Below are positions 1 to 11,744 of a DNA stretch of 64,000 bases, one piece after another (positions within the stretch are counted from its first letter, which is position 1; every line of letters starts with the position of its first letter). Source of the stretch: an uncultured delta proteobacterium. Its GTDB lineage: Bacteria; Desulfobacterota; Desulfobacteria; Desulfobacterales; Desulfatirhabdiaceae. The DNA is taken from the NCBI GenBank assembly GCA_963789395.1, contig CAWBKP010000013.1, positions 1 to 64,000 on the forward strand, written 5' to 3'. The position numbers were made by a program, and so were the translations under genes. Below the pieces are notes generated by a model, which saw only the letters and a program-made list of their open reading frames with translations, was not told where the DNA came from and ran no database searches.

Positions 1-840
1 GCAACCCTCTTGTCTGCTTCGGCAGCTGTTTTCTGTGCCTGCAGTGCCGCAAGCTGGTTTTCAAGGTCCGCGTTGATCTCCTGTTGCTTTTCAACCATGG
101 CCGCGGGTCCGACCGACTTTTGACAGGACATCCTCGGCAGCCGACTGCTGGTCCGGAGCGCATTCATCAGATCGACGTTTTCCTTGCTCAGCTTGTCCGC
201 GTCAGCCTTCAGGGTATCAAGCTGCTCCTTTTGGGCCTTCACTTCCTTCTGTGTTGTCTGGAAACGCGCTGAGTTCTTTCCGACAAGCTGAGCAATACGC
301 CTGCCTACTTCTTCAAGGGTGACTTCGCCCTCGCCTTCAGGAGAAACGACGTGCGTGATGTCGCGCTTGTTCAGAAGCCAGCGGTAGGCGATGATCTCGT
401 CACTCGGCCCGATCTTTTTTGCGTCCCCGTTGGGAGAATGGAAAACAATCGTAATCACCTGGCCATCTGAGAAAGGGATCTGAGCCGTGACAGAAGCAAA
501 GAGCCCTTCTATTTCGGCTTCCCGGTGGTCGGCGTCTTGCGGCGTGATCCCCTCTGGCAGATGTCTTGAAGAAACGCGGGGGAACGCTTCATTCCGGCTC
601 TCCGGTCGGAGAGATCGCCGGACCGTGACAGCTTCATCAATGCCTTGCATAAGGAGTTCTCCGTCATTGTATTCAGAGTCCATCTTCATCAGAGCGTCGC
701 GCATTTCCAGGGTGGGCCTTTCTGCCTCGCGGGTGTTGGTCGAGTTTTCAGGTGAGCCATCGATAACATATTTAATTCTAAATCCCTGCCACAAAGATCC
801 AGCCCGATTTCATATTTTTTACCATGTGCGAATGGGTTCG
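1..840 (-). CDS. darA: DarA-like anti-restriction/head protein, N-terminal part (runs off the left edge; frameshifted near its start)
   Basis: Manual translation: ...PFSDGQVITIVFHSPNGDAKKIGPSDEIIAYRWLLNKRDITHVVSPEGEGEVTLEEVGRRIAQLVGKNSARFQTTQ followed by coiled coil; resembles the P1 DarA N-terminal domain; lies directly downstream of hdf as in P1. Confidence 0.75.
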
Positions 841-1432
841 TTATGCCCCTCCCCCTATTGCGTTTTGCAGCATCTCGATATCAAGAGTCAGCTTGTCGGT
901 CTTGTCCTTCTCAGCGGCCAACTCTGTTTCAAGACCTGAAAGCTGCGTGTTAAGTTCTGTGACCGTGCCGCCTGGTTTCGGTTCAGCCTTGATGTTCTCA
1001 TTGGTCCCCTTGAGCTGCTCGATTGTCGCGGAAACCGTTTCAATCTGAGCGGCCACGCTGGTATTGACGGGCTTTAATTTTGGCACCCTCACAACGCCAG
1101 CCTTCTTCTTTGCTTCAGGAAAGCGGCCTCGTTTGCCTTGACGTGGGTTGTGACTTCCTCAACTGCTTTTCCGAGATCGTCAACGGCTTTTATCGGCAGC
1201 ACCCGGCCATTCAGCTTGACCTGGAAACGCCGCCGCCCGCCTTGGCCTTAACCATCAACTTCTGGCCGGAAGCAAATATCACCGTTGCGGTCTTCAGGAG
1301 AAATCCGGATTCGCGCTTTGCCTTGTTTGTGGCTTCTACGTCATCGACGGTGAGTCCAAGCGCCTCAAATTTCTTGATGACAGGCTTTAACCCGGCCTTG
1401 TCGAATTTTTCAAAAGTTATTGATAATGACAT
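841..1432 (-). CDS. hdf: Hdf-like protein (DarA_N homologue), split by frameshifts
   Basis: ORFs 1211-1432 (FEKFDKAGLKPVIKKFEALGLTVDDVEATNKAKRESGFLLKTATVIFASGQ) and 841-1092 (coiled coil) together resemble P1 Hdf. Confidence 0.7.
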
Positions 1433-1444
1433 GGGTCCGCTCTC

Positions 1445-4062
1445 CTATCTCGTTATGGTGATTGTATAAACAGAACTTGAATTTTCCTCTGCCCTTCGGC
1501 CAACTGGCAGCGTTGCGGCATAAACGACACCGTTTGTCTTTTTTGCCATACATGAGATATTCCCGTAAGTCCATCCCGTGACCTGGCTCCATGTGTTGCC
1601 GCCATTGTTTGAGGCATAGAGCCTTCCACCTGGGTATGTAGAGGCAAGCATCAGCTCATTATTGACATGCAGGATATCTATGACCGACCCGTCAAGGTAG
1701 TCACCGACTTTTATGAGGGTCGCACCGCCGTCAACAGACCTGTAAATCTGGCCGCCTGTTGTTCCAACAAAGAGCCCGTATTCACCCGCGTCACACAAGG
1801 CGTTTATTTCCTCTACCCCCATTGGCAGGCTCGCAAGGTAGCTCTTTGTTCCCCAGTCCATCAAGGTAGCGCTTTTCATCGAATATATGGTGGAAAGCCC
1901 TATGATCTCCTTGTTTCCAAGCAGCACCGCTTTAAGGATTTGATGATACGGGATACGGGTATGAGTCCTTGTCCTGAGTAGCGACGTACCGAATCCGGAC
2001 AACGAGGTAGAAGCAAATTCATCATTTGATGACAGCCTGTAAACCATTTGCATGTTCGGGTTCAGGTAGTCCCTCGACCACCATGCCGATCTTACCCCGT
2101 AAAAATTTGCAATGGAGCCGACAGACAATGCCGCCTGCCACATAACAGGGTATCGGGTTGTAGGATTAATCGGCTCAAAGAATTTTGATGTAAAAACAAA
2201 GTCCGCTTTTGTTGCGTAGGCAATCCCGTTAAATGGGGTTCCAACCGCAATCCCGTTCGGAGTAAGAAGCATCGGGAAGAAATATCTTGAACTGAGCAAG
2301 GAGCTTGCAACGACAGCATCAGCCCATGCGGCGGCCTTATACCTGTGAACGACAGCTCCAAGCCCGTCACGCCCTTAGCACCGATATAAAGCACATCGTT
2401 TATGTCATCATACACCATGTGAGACATATACCCGGTGGCGTAGGTTTTAATGGACGCCATCGCATAGGAGGGGGCCGCCGCAAACGCGGGCGCGTTAAAT
2501 ACTGCCTCGCTTGACCAGTCGGACCACCCGTAAGCGGTCCCGTAATGTCTTGCCCGCCACAGATATTTTCCCCCAAACCACAAGAGATTGAGCGGTACGT
2601 CATGTGTCGTTAAGTCGGTCACTGATTCCACATCCAGCACCGGCGACGTCATAGCTGCCAGAAGATTTTCTGAGCTGCCATTGCGTCTTTTCATGTGTGT
2701 CTGATCCGTTTGCCACAGCAAAGGCGTCGGTTGTCAGCGTCGGTGTCAGGTTCGATATCGTGTTGCCGTCCACAGGGCTTGAAAGCACAGGCGGCACAAT
2801 TAACGGGTCAGCAAAAGATACCTTTGTCGTAAAAGAAGTCGGCTCTGACCACTCCGACCACGAACCGCCTGAATCACAGACTTTCGCCCGCCATTTATAA
2901 ACGGTCTCGGTATCAAGCAGAACGCCGGCAGGCATGGTTACTGATAAGGACTCCCCGGTAAGCGGGCCTGAATCCCACTTCATGTTTTCCGGCTCCCACC
3001 CTGCATCATAAGGGGCTTCTGCAAGCTCACCGGTCTCAAGAGGATCAATGACGATTTCGGGGTTTCAAGAACGACCTGAAATTGCGCGGCAGCTTTCTTG
3101 GATCCAACCTGCGAAAAGTACGATTGCAGGACAAGTGTAGGCTGTTCAACAACATCTATGGCATCGGCAGCGGGCACGGCATTTACAGGGGTTTCAGGGG
3201 GAGTGTGCCAGCCTCCCAGTTCAGAATATTCAGACAGAAAAATAATCCAGTAGATTTCAGCCGGAGAATCACCGACTTCAGAATCGCACACGACCCTGAT
3301 CCGGATATCCCCGCCGTCTGCCGGGAAAAGATATTCATCCTCAATTGTTCCATCCACATCCGATACCCTGGACCATGCAACAGGAACCTGGATCCATGCC
3401 GGATGGTTGCCGTCCTTAAAGTACAGCGACATCACCGCCTGATCGTTTCGCCGGACAATGCAAGATTTCATGTCCGCGTCTCCGAGGTTCAGCGGACCGC
3501 AAAGATAAATATCGCCTTCTTTTACAACCGCTTTACTGAGCGCCTGATTGACGGTAAAGCTGGTTTTTGACATCGTGGCGCCGGCTGTATAGGTGTTTTG
3601 CGCGGGCGCGGCGGCCAGAAATCTTGAAGATGTGAGAACCTGCTTTACCTCAACGATCTCACTTTTCAAACTGTCCTTAATGACGTACTCGCTGCCGACA
3701 ACAAGTCCCGCCGTGCTTGAGATGTCAATGGAGTCATCACCGGCAATAACCGCGATGATATCCATCGGCACCATGTCAATGAGTGTCCAGTAGGGTGTCC
3801 ATAGCTCCATGCTGGTCTTGTTTGTCCGGTAATACCAGTCTGATTTTACGGCCTTTGTGATCGCAAGCGGTCCCTCGACCTCTACGACCCCGAGGCGCGA
3901 ATTGATGTCATCAATCTCAACGTCAAGCCCTTCGATTTCTGTCTGGACGTGTGAAAAGTTCTCGTCAATCTCATCATAACGAGTGTTCCAAAGGCTCGGC
4001 TCGGCATCGGGGGCCGGATCCGTATTCGGGATTTGAGTGATGTTTTCAAACGGCAAGGCCAT
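1445..4062 (-). CDS. Tail fibre/receptor-binding protein with Ig/FN3-like repeats and C-terminal BNR beta-propeller; four ORF pieces (2980-4062, 2600-2983, 2092-2721, 1445-2299)
   Basis: Position of the P1 fibre genes; two repeats ending YKWRAKVCDSGGSWSEWS and YLWRARHYGTAYGWSDWS; Asp-box-like RSVDGGAT and SNNGGNTW. Confidence 0.65.
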
Positions 4063-4073
4063 TTTGCTATCTC

Positions 4074-5052
4074 CTATCTGAATCGAAGCGTGATTGTGAT
4101 CTTATAACTGTCATCGGCTGCCTTTGTTTTCTTTAAAAACCCGAAAGGCGCCTGGATTACGCCGCCGATCCTGAGTCCGGCAGCTCCTATAATACTCCCG
4201 ACAAAATCGCTGTTTTGAGCCACACCGATAAAGTCAATACTGTTCCCGTTGTCCACAACCCGAACCGGCTTTGTCGTGCTTGACGTTTGGAGCGCCCCGG
4301 TTGTTGACCCAAAAACCATACTGGGCGGCAGTTGACTTTGCCATGATATCGTCATGCGATAAGGGAAAAGACTTAATCACCACATCCGTAGGGCTTGTCA
4401 CCTTCCATGTGGCATCCAGTCGCGGCTGAGTATTTGCTACAAGCGTAACCTCGCTTTTGCCTAAATACCGGAATCCGTCAAAAACGATATGGGCCGGCCT
4501 GAGCATAACCGCCCGGCGCCGGATGATCTCATGATCCCCGTAATTTCTTACCGCGTTCAGGTCTATCGCAAGAACGGCTCTGGAAGTCATGTATCTGCAT
4601 CGGCCATAATTTCTTTGGCCGGAAAGCGCCTATCTTCCAGGTGCCGTCAAGCCGGTAAGTCGTCGGCAACTCTGATGCAATATAAAAGGCGCCTCCATAA
4701 GTATCACTCGACAACCCCCAACACGGCTCCCATTTAGCCTTTGACCCTGCCCGCGCGATCATGTTTTCAAGCGGGACGTGGTCTGTTTCATCAACAGCTC
4801 GATCTTGCGCGCAAGCACCGCTACCGGGATGTTGTTATCGGGCAGATCGGATTCGAAGTACCCGCCTAAATGACTGAGAATAAGCGCGCGGCCTTCGGGC
4901 GTTGCAGAAAAGATGGACCGCAAGGACTCCAAATAAGATAGACCCGGATCTGAGTTTTCTTCCCAAAAGGCTTCGTTGGCTTCTGCAAGTTCAATCCATC
5001 GCTTTGTCTCTGACTTTACGGGAGACAGCCTGTTTTTGAGCCAATCAGCCAT
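4074..5052 (-). CDS. Baseplate protein, P1 gp16-like (frameshifted into pieces)
   Basis: N-terminal WLKNRLSPVK..RSIFS and PAHIVFDG motif; downstream of bplA as in P1. Confidence 0.65.
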
Positions 5053-6463
5053 TCAGATATACTCCAGGGAAAACGTGACGGTCCCAAGGCAAAGCATCTG
5101 TTTCATCTTCTCAGCCTGTGTCGCGCCGGATGTAGAAACTGAAAAAGCCGCGCCGTCCTCATCAAAAAGCCCGGTGCCGGCAATGACCTGATACACATCC
5201 TTAATCAAAAGCTGGCTTTTTCTGGATGCAGAGTCTTTCCCGTAAGCAGCATCAAGGGCAGCGGAAACGGTTCCTGAAACATTCTCAATTGTCCGAGACC
5301 GGTGTATTTTCCCGGTAATTGCGATGTTTGCAGTAACGAATTCAGGCTCTATCCAGCGGATACGCCGGTTGTAGAGCTTAACAGCGTTAAAAGCGTTCAA
5401 TACCTGTGTCTCTGTGTCAGAAGCGCCCTTGATGTAAGCAGAGACAAAAATGCTGTTGATAAAGCCGAGATTCGGAGCCCCCAAGCTCAGCCTCAGCCTC
5501 TTTTTCTCCCCAAACTTTCACCCAAAGCAAAGAGGGGATGTTCTTTTTCAAGAAGAATTCATAATCTTCTTTCCACACAAAGCTGTCATTATAAAGCGGC
5601 CAGTACATCAGGTTCCGGCGAAGTTCTTCTGTGTCTTCCGTTGCGTACCCGCCCGAAATCTGAGTAGCGGACGTCACCTTGATTGGTCGACGGTTGCCCC
5701 TGCGAGTCAAGAAGCGTCTCCGACTATCGGCAAGGAAAGATTTTCAAGCAGAACCGTATTGCCGTCTGTAAGCCATAAGACGCATTTCACATCGCTCGAT
5801 ACAGGGGGAATTTTCCCGAAATAACCATTCCCGAATCTGATTCCGATCTGACCGGAATGCGAATAAAACAGGTCATAGACCGTTGAAGTCGATATGGCGT
5901 CTCTAAATTGCCGCGATAGTGTCCACAGCACATACCCGGCCCCGTCCTTCTTATCGACATAGACGTCAACTTGATGGATTGAAGGGGTAAGCGCCGGTGT
6001 CAAAAAGGATTTCAATGAACGGGTCAGCGGATGTGATTGTTTCAACAACAGTCTGGATAGAAAGCTGATATGCCGTTGCAGTAACCGTTTCGCCGGGTTG
6101 GACAACAACAGGGTACTTGATTAAATAGGCCACCCCACGGTTTGACTGAAACGCCTGCAACGCAGGGATCTCAACCTGATTGGCCCCGTTGTTCTTTATG
6201 CTCACCTGTCCAGATGAAGGACCGGGCAGACGCGGCAGATACCCCTTGTCCTCTGCTTGTGCTGCAATGCTTGACCGGTTCAGCGCCGTTGACAAGAAAA
6301 ATTCTTGAAGCGCCCGCTCTGCATCGAACTGCGCGGACCGCATCGCCCATGCCTGGAACGTAGCCAGATGATTGAAGAACTGGGAGTCTTTAAGAAACTG
6401 CCAGCCTTCTTTTGCCCCGAGGATCTCCTTGAATTTTTCTACCGCTTCATCAGTTGATAGCAT
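5053..6463 (-). CDS. bplA: Baseplate wedge protein BplA-like (baseplate J-type), four frameshifted pieces
   Basis: FLSTALNRSSIAAQAE, GIRFGNGYFGKIPP and QISGGYATEDTEELRRN motifs. Confidence 0.75.
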
Positions 6464-6830
6464 TGAGCGTTACCCCGTTGTCAAAATAACCACCCGGATA
6501 AAGGATCTGGACCCGGCAAAGGTCAATATCCAGAAAATCAATCCGGATACCCGTTATCGGCACCCCGCAATCAGCGGACAGTTTACTGATGATCTTTGCC
6601 TCCATCATCACTTCAAGATGGATTGAAGGGGGTTCATGCTTAAACATCCACAGCATATTGCCCCATGACGGAAGATCGGAAATCGTGCCTTCCGGAGTCT
6701 CGAACCATTCAGCAATCCGGTCATTTAAAGCATCCGGCCCCTGATACCTTGCAAAAGCGTCTTGCGATGATATGGACAATTCCATTAAATGGTCTATTTC
6801 TTCAAGCATAGCGCCCTCACATAAGGTCAT
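6450..6830 (-). CDS. pmgA: Baseplate gp25-like protein, PmgA-like
   Basis: EWFETPEGTISDLPSWGNMLWMFKHEP motif; between sit and bplA. Confidence 0.75.
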   Translation of the reverse strand: MTLCEGAMLEEIDHLMELSISSQDAFARYQGPDALNDRIAEWFETPEGTISDLPSWGNMLWMFKHEPPSIHLEVMMEAKIISKLSADCGVPITGIRIDFLDIDLCRVQILYPGGYFDNGVTLNAIN

Positions 6831-9187
6831 GTACCATGAGTGTTAAAAGGGTGTCGTCAAACTCCATCGGGATATTGTTTTCTGCCCGCCTCGGCTGCGA
6901 CTGCTGCCGTGGAGGGTTTGCCCGCCTGTCTATTTGCGGAGGGGACCACCCGCCAGCATTTGCACCGCCAGCCCCTTGCCCCGGCAGCCATGGCCCCGGA
7001 GAAGAAGAAGCGCTTTGTGAGTGCTCAGCCGGTTTTGATATCGGTGTAGGCGTCGGGAGTTTGGCCGGCGTGATCGTTGCAAGGTTATCAGATGAATAGG
7101 CCATGGCAGTAGCGTCTCTGGATTCATTTGTGAACCTGTCCACCAGTCCGGACTGAGCTGCGGCACCCTTGACACGGGGGAAGTGGACAAGGTTCCCGTT
7201 CATGTCCTTTCTGCCGCGCTCTGCATATATCCGGTTTTTGATCTGCATGGGGGTCAGCGTTTTGGGGTCCACGCCCGCAAGAGCCTGTGAAAGAATCTCA
7301 GGCCCGCCAGTTGTTCCGTGCTGAACGCCTGTTGACCACATCACATCCTGAAGCATTTTGTTCGATGAGACATCAATGCCCATTTTGGACGCGGCTTCTA
7401 CCATTGGCGCGTAATGGGTCTGTTTGATGGATTCGTGTTGCGCATCCCCGAACGCCTGCCCGTCACGCGCCGCGATCTCTTTCCATTTTGCGGTAAACGG
7501 CTTACTTCCAGGCTTTAACCCTTCAAACTCTTTGGCCCACGGGCTGTTTTTCACAAACGCCCCAACGGTCCCACTTGAGTGCATCTGATAGGAGCCGTAA
7601 GCGGCGCCGCCCACATCGTTTTCATTTACAGCGCCGGGGTTTCCGTTTGATTCGTACCGCGATGATAAAGACCCGATACCTGCATGAGATTGCTCAGGGG
7701 TCAGCGCTTTTTCTGTGAATATGCCTTTTTCCTGCTTATCAAGGTAAATGCTGTACTTGTTCTTTTCGGCCTCGACTTCTTTTCTGATCCTGTTGATTCT
7801 TTCATCAGCCGTTTTGCCGGTCAGAAAATCCATGATTGGGCTGCTTCCCGTGCTTTTCGCGCTGCCACCGGAATCCCCCTCTTGCGAGCCTGGACTTGCA
7901 GGCTGCCCAGGTTGTTCGCCTGGTTCTGCCGCCTGTGCCTCTCTGCCTGATATCAGCTCGACAACCGCGTCCGTCATCGCTTTTTCAGCGGCGAAAGCGC
8001 CCTTCAAGGCTTTTGCCAGTATGCCTTCATCCTTGAACTCTCTTTTTGGCGACTCATGGCCCGGAAACCTTACCCTCAAGCCATTCCCCGAGGGTAACGC
8101 CCCCAAGAGCCTTTGTTATTTTGTCATCTATCCACGATCCGACCACCCCACCTATCGCAAGGGCCGCCCCTCCTGCAAGGGCAGTACCCATAACACTCTT
8201 TATCATCCCACCGGAGCCTTCGCCGCCGCCCATGACCTTACCGAGAGCGCTCATCACCTTACCGCTTTTTTTGTTCGCTCCTTTGGTCGCGGCAAGCAGC
8301 TTTTTATCCCGGTCCTTTTGATCGTCATCGCCTGCAACAAGCGCATCCCGGACCTCAATTGTGGTATCAAGAGTCTCTTGCTCTACCTCAAGTTGCTTGG
8401 CATCATGCTTTGATACCTTTTCGCCGCCGTCACCCTTGAATTTGCCGATAACGCCGGTTACAGAATCCTTCATGCTGGATCCAAGCTGAGCCATCTCACT
8501 CACGGCCCCGGTAATCGGTCCGAGAGTGGCAAGGCCAACGGCCTCACCCGCATCCGCGTTTTTTGCAAGCTCAGAACCGGCACCAAAGAGTTTTGTAAGA
8601 AACGAGTTGGCCCGTCCAATAACGCCTTCCTCTTGTTCGGCAAAGGCCGCCCGCTGCTTTTTGTCTTCAAGTGCCTGCTGACTCTTTGACCCGCCTTTTA
8701 AAAACCTGCCTGCCGCATCCCGTTTCTTTCCGCCAGAGACCACGGCTGCCGCAAGTGCAGATGGAACGCGAGCGCCGGCCTTTCGGGTCCGTGCAAGAAT
8801 TTTCCCCGGACTGGTATCAACCGCACCGGTATCCGCGCCAATCTTTCCAGATGGCTGAGCGCTTACCTTCCCGGGCTTCCGGGAGAAATTGACGGAGTTG
8901 GTGCCTTTTTGCTTTGTGCGGACCTTCTTTGTTTCTGCAAAAGAAGACTTTCCGGAATCTTCAAGTTTTACGACAACCTTGATATCAGGCTTCTGACTGG
9001 ACCCGGCGCCACGGGCACGGTTAACACGGACACGGGCGCGCTCTGCCCGTTCTGCCGTGCCCTGCGATTGCCTTACAACGCGGTCCGCAATATGGGTTAC
9101 GCCAGATGAAAAGGCATCAAGGATCCCCTTGGTATCTCTTTTAATGCCGATAAGGATCGGCATGATATTGTTTTTCAGGTCAGCCAT
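6817..9187 (-). CDS. sit: Tape measure protein (Sit position) with C-terminal peptidoglycan hydrolase; one frameshift near 8060-8100
   Basis: Ala/Gly/Lys-rich helical N-terminus with RDAAGRF motif (8054-9187), plus LSSRYESNGNPGAV..GGAAYGSYQM..WSTGVQHG domain (6817-8106). Confidence 0.75.
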
Positions 9188-9188
9188 A

Positions 9189-9356
9189 TCACTTTGCCTT
9201 CATCTTCTTTGCAAGAGCGGCCTCAAGATCGAGAATTATCCGGATATCCGTGTCAAGAACGTCCTTAACGCTCTGGCCTGCCCACAAGCACAGGTTATTT
9301 ATGATGGTCTGCCACGAATGCCGGCTATACCATCGGAATGTTGACGAAACTCCGAA
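9189..9356 (-). CDS. Start-less +1-frame extension of PmgB (putative tail chaperone 'GT' C-terminal part)
   Basis: Open frame FGVSSTFRWYSRHSWQTIINNLCLWAGQSVKDVLDTDIRIILDLEAALAKKMKAK* ends one base before the sit ATG. Confidence 0.5.
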   Translation of the reverse strand, partial: FGVSSTFRWYSRHSWQTIINNLCLWAGQSVKDVLDTDIRIILDLEAALAKKMKAK

Positions 9357-10111
9357 ACGGAACCCTCAAAAGGGTTTCATCTCCATTCTTTGCTTCGCAG
9401 TTTACGCGGATGGTCAAAAACATCCGGTTGTCATCCGGGTCAAGGACCGTTTCAAGGCCATGCTCCATTTCAGCCAGTTTTTCAGCCGCGATATCGGTAA
9501 GGGTTTTCAATTCAGAGACAGACAGCGCAAGGATTTTGCCTTTCGTTTGCCGCAAGCCTGTCCTCATCCATGCCGGTACTGGAAAACCAAAGGCTTCTCA
9601 TCAGAGCAGTAAGCCGAATCTGTGAATAGATTTTCCGGGCTTCTTTTTTTGGCATGTCCGGCAGGATCTCAAGCCGCTTCATTTCAAGCGCTTCGACATC
9701 TGCCCCGGTCAATGGCCGGATAAGAACCGCCTCTCCGTTAAAGATGAATTCACGCTCTGGCTTTCCGGTAATGGACTTGTACCCCTCTGCCAGCTTTCGC
9801 ATGTCATAGGCTACCGTGTGAGATTTTCCGCAATGCCCGCACCTGTATTTAAGCTGCGTTATCGCTTCATCTGTCGTATGAAGCCAGTACCAATAAAGCC
9901 CAAGACGTCTGTCGTCTGCCGTCCACTGACTTGAATCCAAAAACCCGTGAACCGGGTCAACACATTGCACCCGGTTCAAGAATACCGTGGTCAAATGTTC
10001 CTCCATGTTGGGGTCCGTATCGCAAAAGTCGAGCGCGTCTGAAACCGTTGCCTCCCTGAGTGCGATTTTCTTTGTCGGGTTACTCGGTAATGAAAAAGGC
10101 GGTATATTCAT
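9325..10111 (-). CDS. pmgB: Tail assembly chaperone PmgB-like (frameshift near 9545)
   Basis: PPFSLPSNPTK, WTADDRRLGLYWYW, CGHCGKSH zinc knuckle and C-terminal LRVPFR. Confidence 0.75.
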
Positions 10112-10126
10112 ATCTTTCCTTGAGTT

Positions 10127-10642
10127 TTAAGTGTTTTCTGTGGTCCTGTGTTGAACAAAGGTGATCGGAAACTCGATATTGTTCCCGTCATCCCGGCTTT
10201 CTGTGATCCCTCCCAGTTTGGTAGGGATCATCCAGAGGATTTCGGGCTCGCCCACGTCTGTTCCATCGGGGGCAAGTGCGTACCTTGCCACTTCGACCTC
10301 GACCTTTTTTATCATCTCGACGGTGCCGTCCGGCAGGATGATAATATCGGTCATCCCCTGGAACCATTTTCGGATACGCTGGTCAATATTGTCGCGCATG
10401 GTCATGGATACCGTGACCGGGGCAGCCCCCACGGGCCAGGTGAATGTGTGCCCGGCCAGCTTTTCGGTCTCGGTTTCTATCTCAATGGGATCGTAGGTGA
10501 CATCCTTGACGTAGATATCAAAATCAGACGGGGGGTCTTGGGAGTGTGCGGACGTGACCTCAATCCGGAATTGCCATCCGTGCCGGAAATCCGTGCGGTT
10601 CATCTGTCTTGCAAGAAGCCGGAGCTTGTTGAAATCTTCCAT
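10127..10642 (-). CDS. tub: Tail tube-family protein, P1 Tub-like
   Basis: GWQFRIEV..DIYVKDVTY..MTMRD..FPITF. Confidence 0.75.
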   Translation of the reverse strand: MEDFNKLRLLARQMNRTDFRHGWQFRIEVTSAHSQDPPSDFDIYVKDVTYDPIEIETETEKLAGHTFTWPVGAAPVTVSMTMRDNIDQRIRKWFQGMTDIIILPDGTVEMIKKVEVEVARYALAPDGTDVGEPEILWMIPTKLGGITESRDDGNNIEFPITFVQHRTTENT

Positions 10643-10690
10643 TGCTGCCTCTCCCTTGAAGCACCATTTTTACCGGTCGGGGAAAAAGGT

Positions 10691-11237
10691 TTAAAAGACA
10701 GACAGCATCGGCACCATGGCCATGTTTTCTTCCATGTATGCCTCGACAATGGCCTTCCGGTTATTCATCTCATCGTTTGTCGGAAGCTCCATCTGCCTGC
10801 CGGTAGAAAGCGCTACAGCTCTTGCACGTTCCGTGTTCTGGATATCAATCAGGGCAACCAGATAATCTATGATGGTCCCAACTATCCCGTTCGGAAGATC
10901 CGTGTCCAGGTCGTAGTCTCTGAGGTTCACAAAATAATAAAAGGTGTAAGGGGCAACGCTATCAAGAGCCAGGCTCGACATACAGGGTGCCATCGCCTTC
11001 AAACACTTCATGATACCGGCTGTTTGTGTCACTGGCATAAATAGGGGACAGCATGTCATCAGGGACCGCAACAGATGTTTCAAGAAGATCGGCTGTCTTT
11101 ACGTTTTTTATCACGCCGGCCTTATCCTGATAGACCCCCAAAGCTCTTTTCAGTAAAGCCGTGAGCTTTGGGGCGTCGTTAAAGTAAAGGGGCGTGAATT
11201 GAATCTTGGCGTCTTCAAGTGCCTCGTTTGGGGTCAT
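10691..11237 (-). CDS. pmgC: Head-tail adaptor PmgC-like (frameshifted)
   Basis: MTPNEALEDAKIQFTPL..ALGVYQDKAG and NLRDYDLD..IGTIIDYLVALI..NTER. Confidence 0.7.
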
Positions 11238-11240
11238 GGA

Positions 11241-11732
11241 TTACACCGGAAAATAGTTGCCATGAAGGGTTCCAGACGGTTTCAGCACCACCGCATCCTC
11301 AACGGACAGATCGCCGCCGTCAAGTTCAATCCAGCAGTCTTCAAGAAGCCATGTGTGGTCATCCGAAGCCGTAAGATTGGACTCTGAAATCAGGGTAAGC
11401 ATGACCTCCAGGTATTTCTTGTCTCGTACCCAGGTCTTTAGCGCGCGGTACGCGGCAGCGGACATAACTTCTTTAAACGTGATCGGCATTTCGATCTCGT
11501 TCATGAACCTGCCTTGCTGATTGCATTTCACACCGAACGGGCCGACCGTTTCAACAAGCTCCCGTTTCATCGGGGGAGTCTGAGACGACTGGATCAAAAA
11601 TTCAAGATCCGGGTATCCTTCGACTTCCATCCGGAAATCCTGACCTTTGACGGCTTCGCCCAGGGCCGCCATCTTCTTATACGTTTCACGCAGCAAGCTG
11701 ACATTTGCCTGTACGCCGCTTATATTTCCCAT
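11241..11732 (-). CDS. bplB: Tail tube-fold protein BplB-like
   Basis: GPFGVKCNQQG and DLSVED..KPS motifs; P1 gene order. Confidence 0.7.
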   Translation of the reverse strand: MGNISGVQANVSLLRETYKKMAALGEAVKGQDFRMEVEGYPDLEFLIQSSQTPPMKRELVETVGPFGVKCNQQGRFMNEIEMPITFKEVMSAAAYRALKTWVRDKKYLEVMLTLISESNLTASDDHTWLLEDCWIELDGGDLSVEDAVVLKPSGTLHGNYFPV

Positions 11733-11744
11733 GATAAATCTCCT

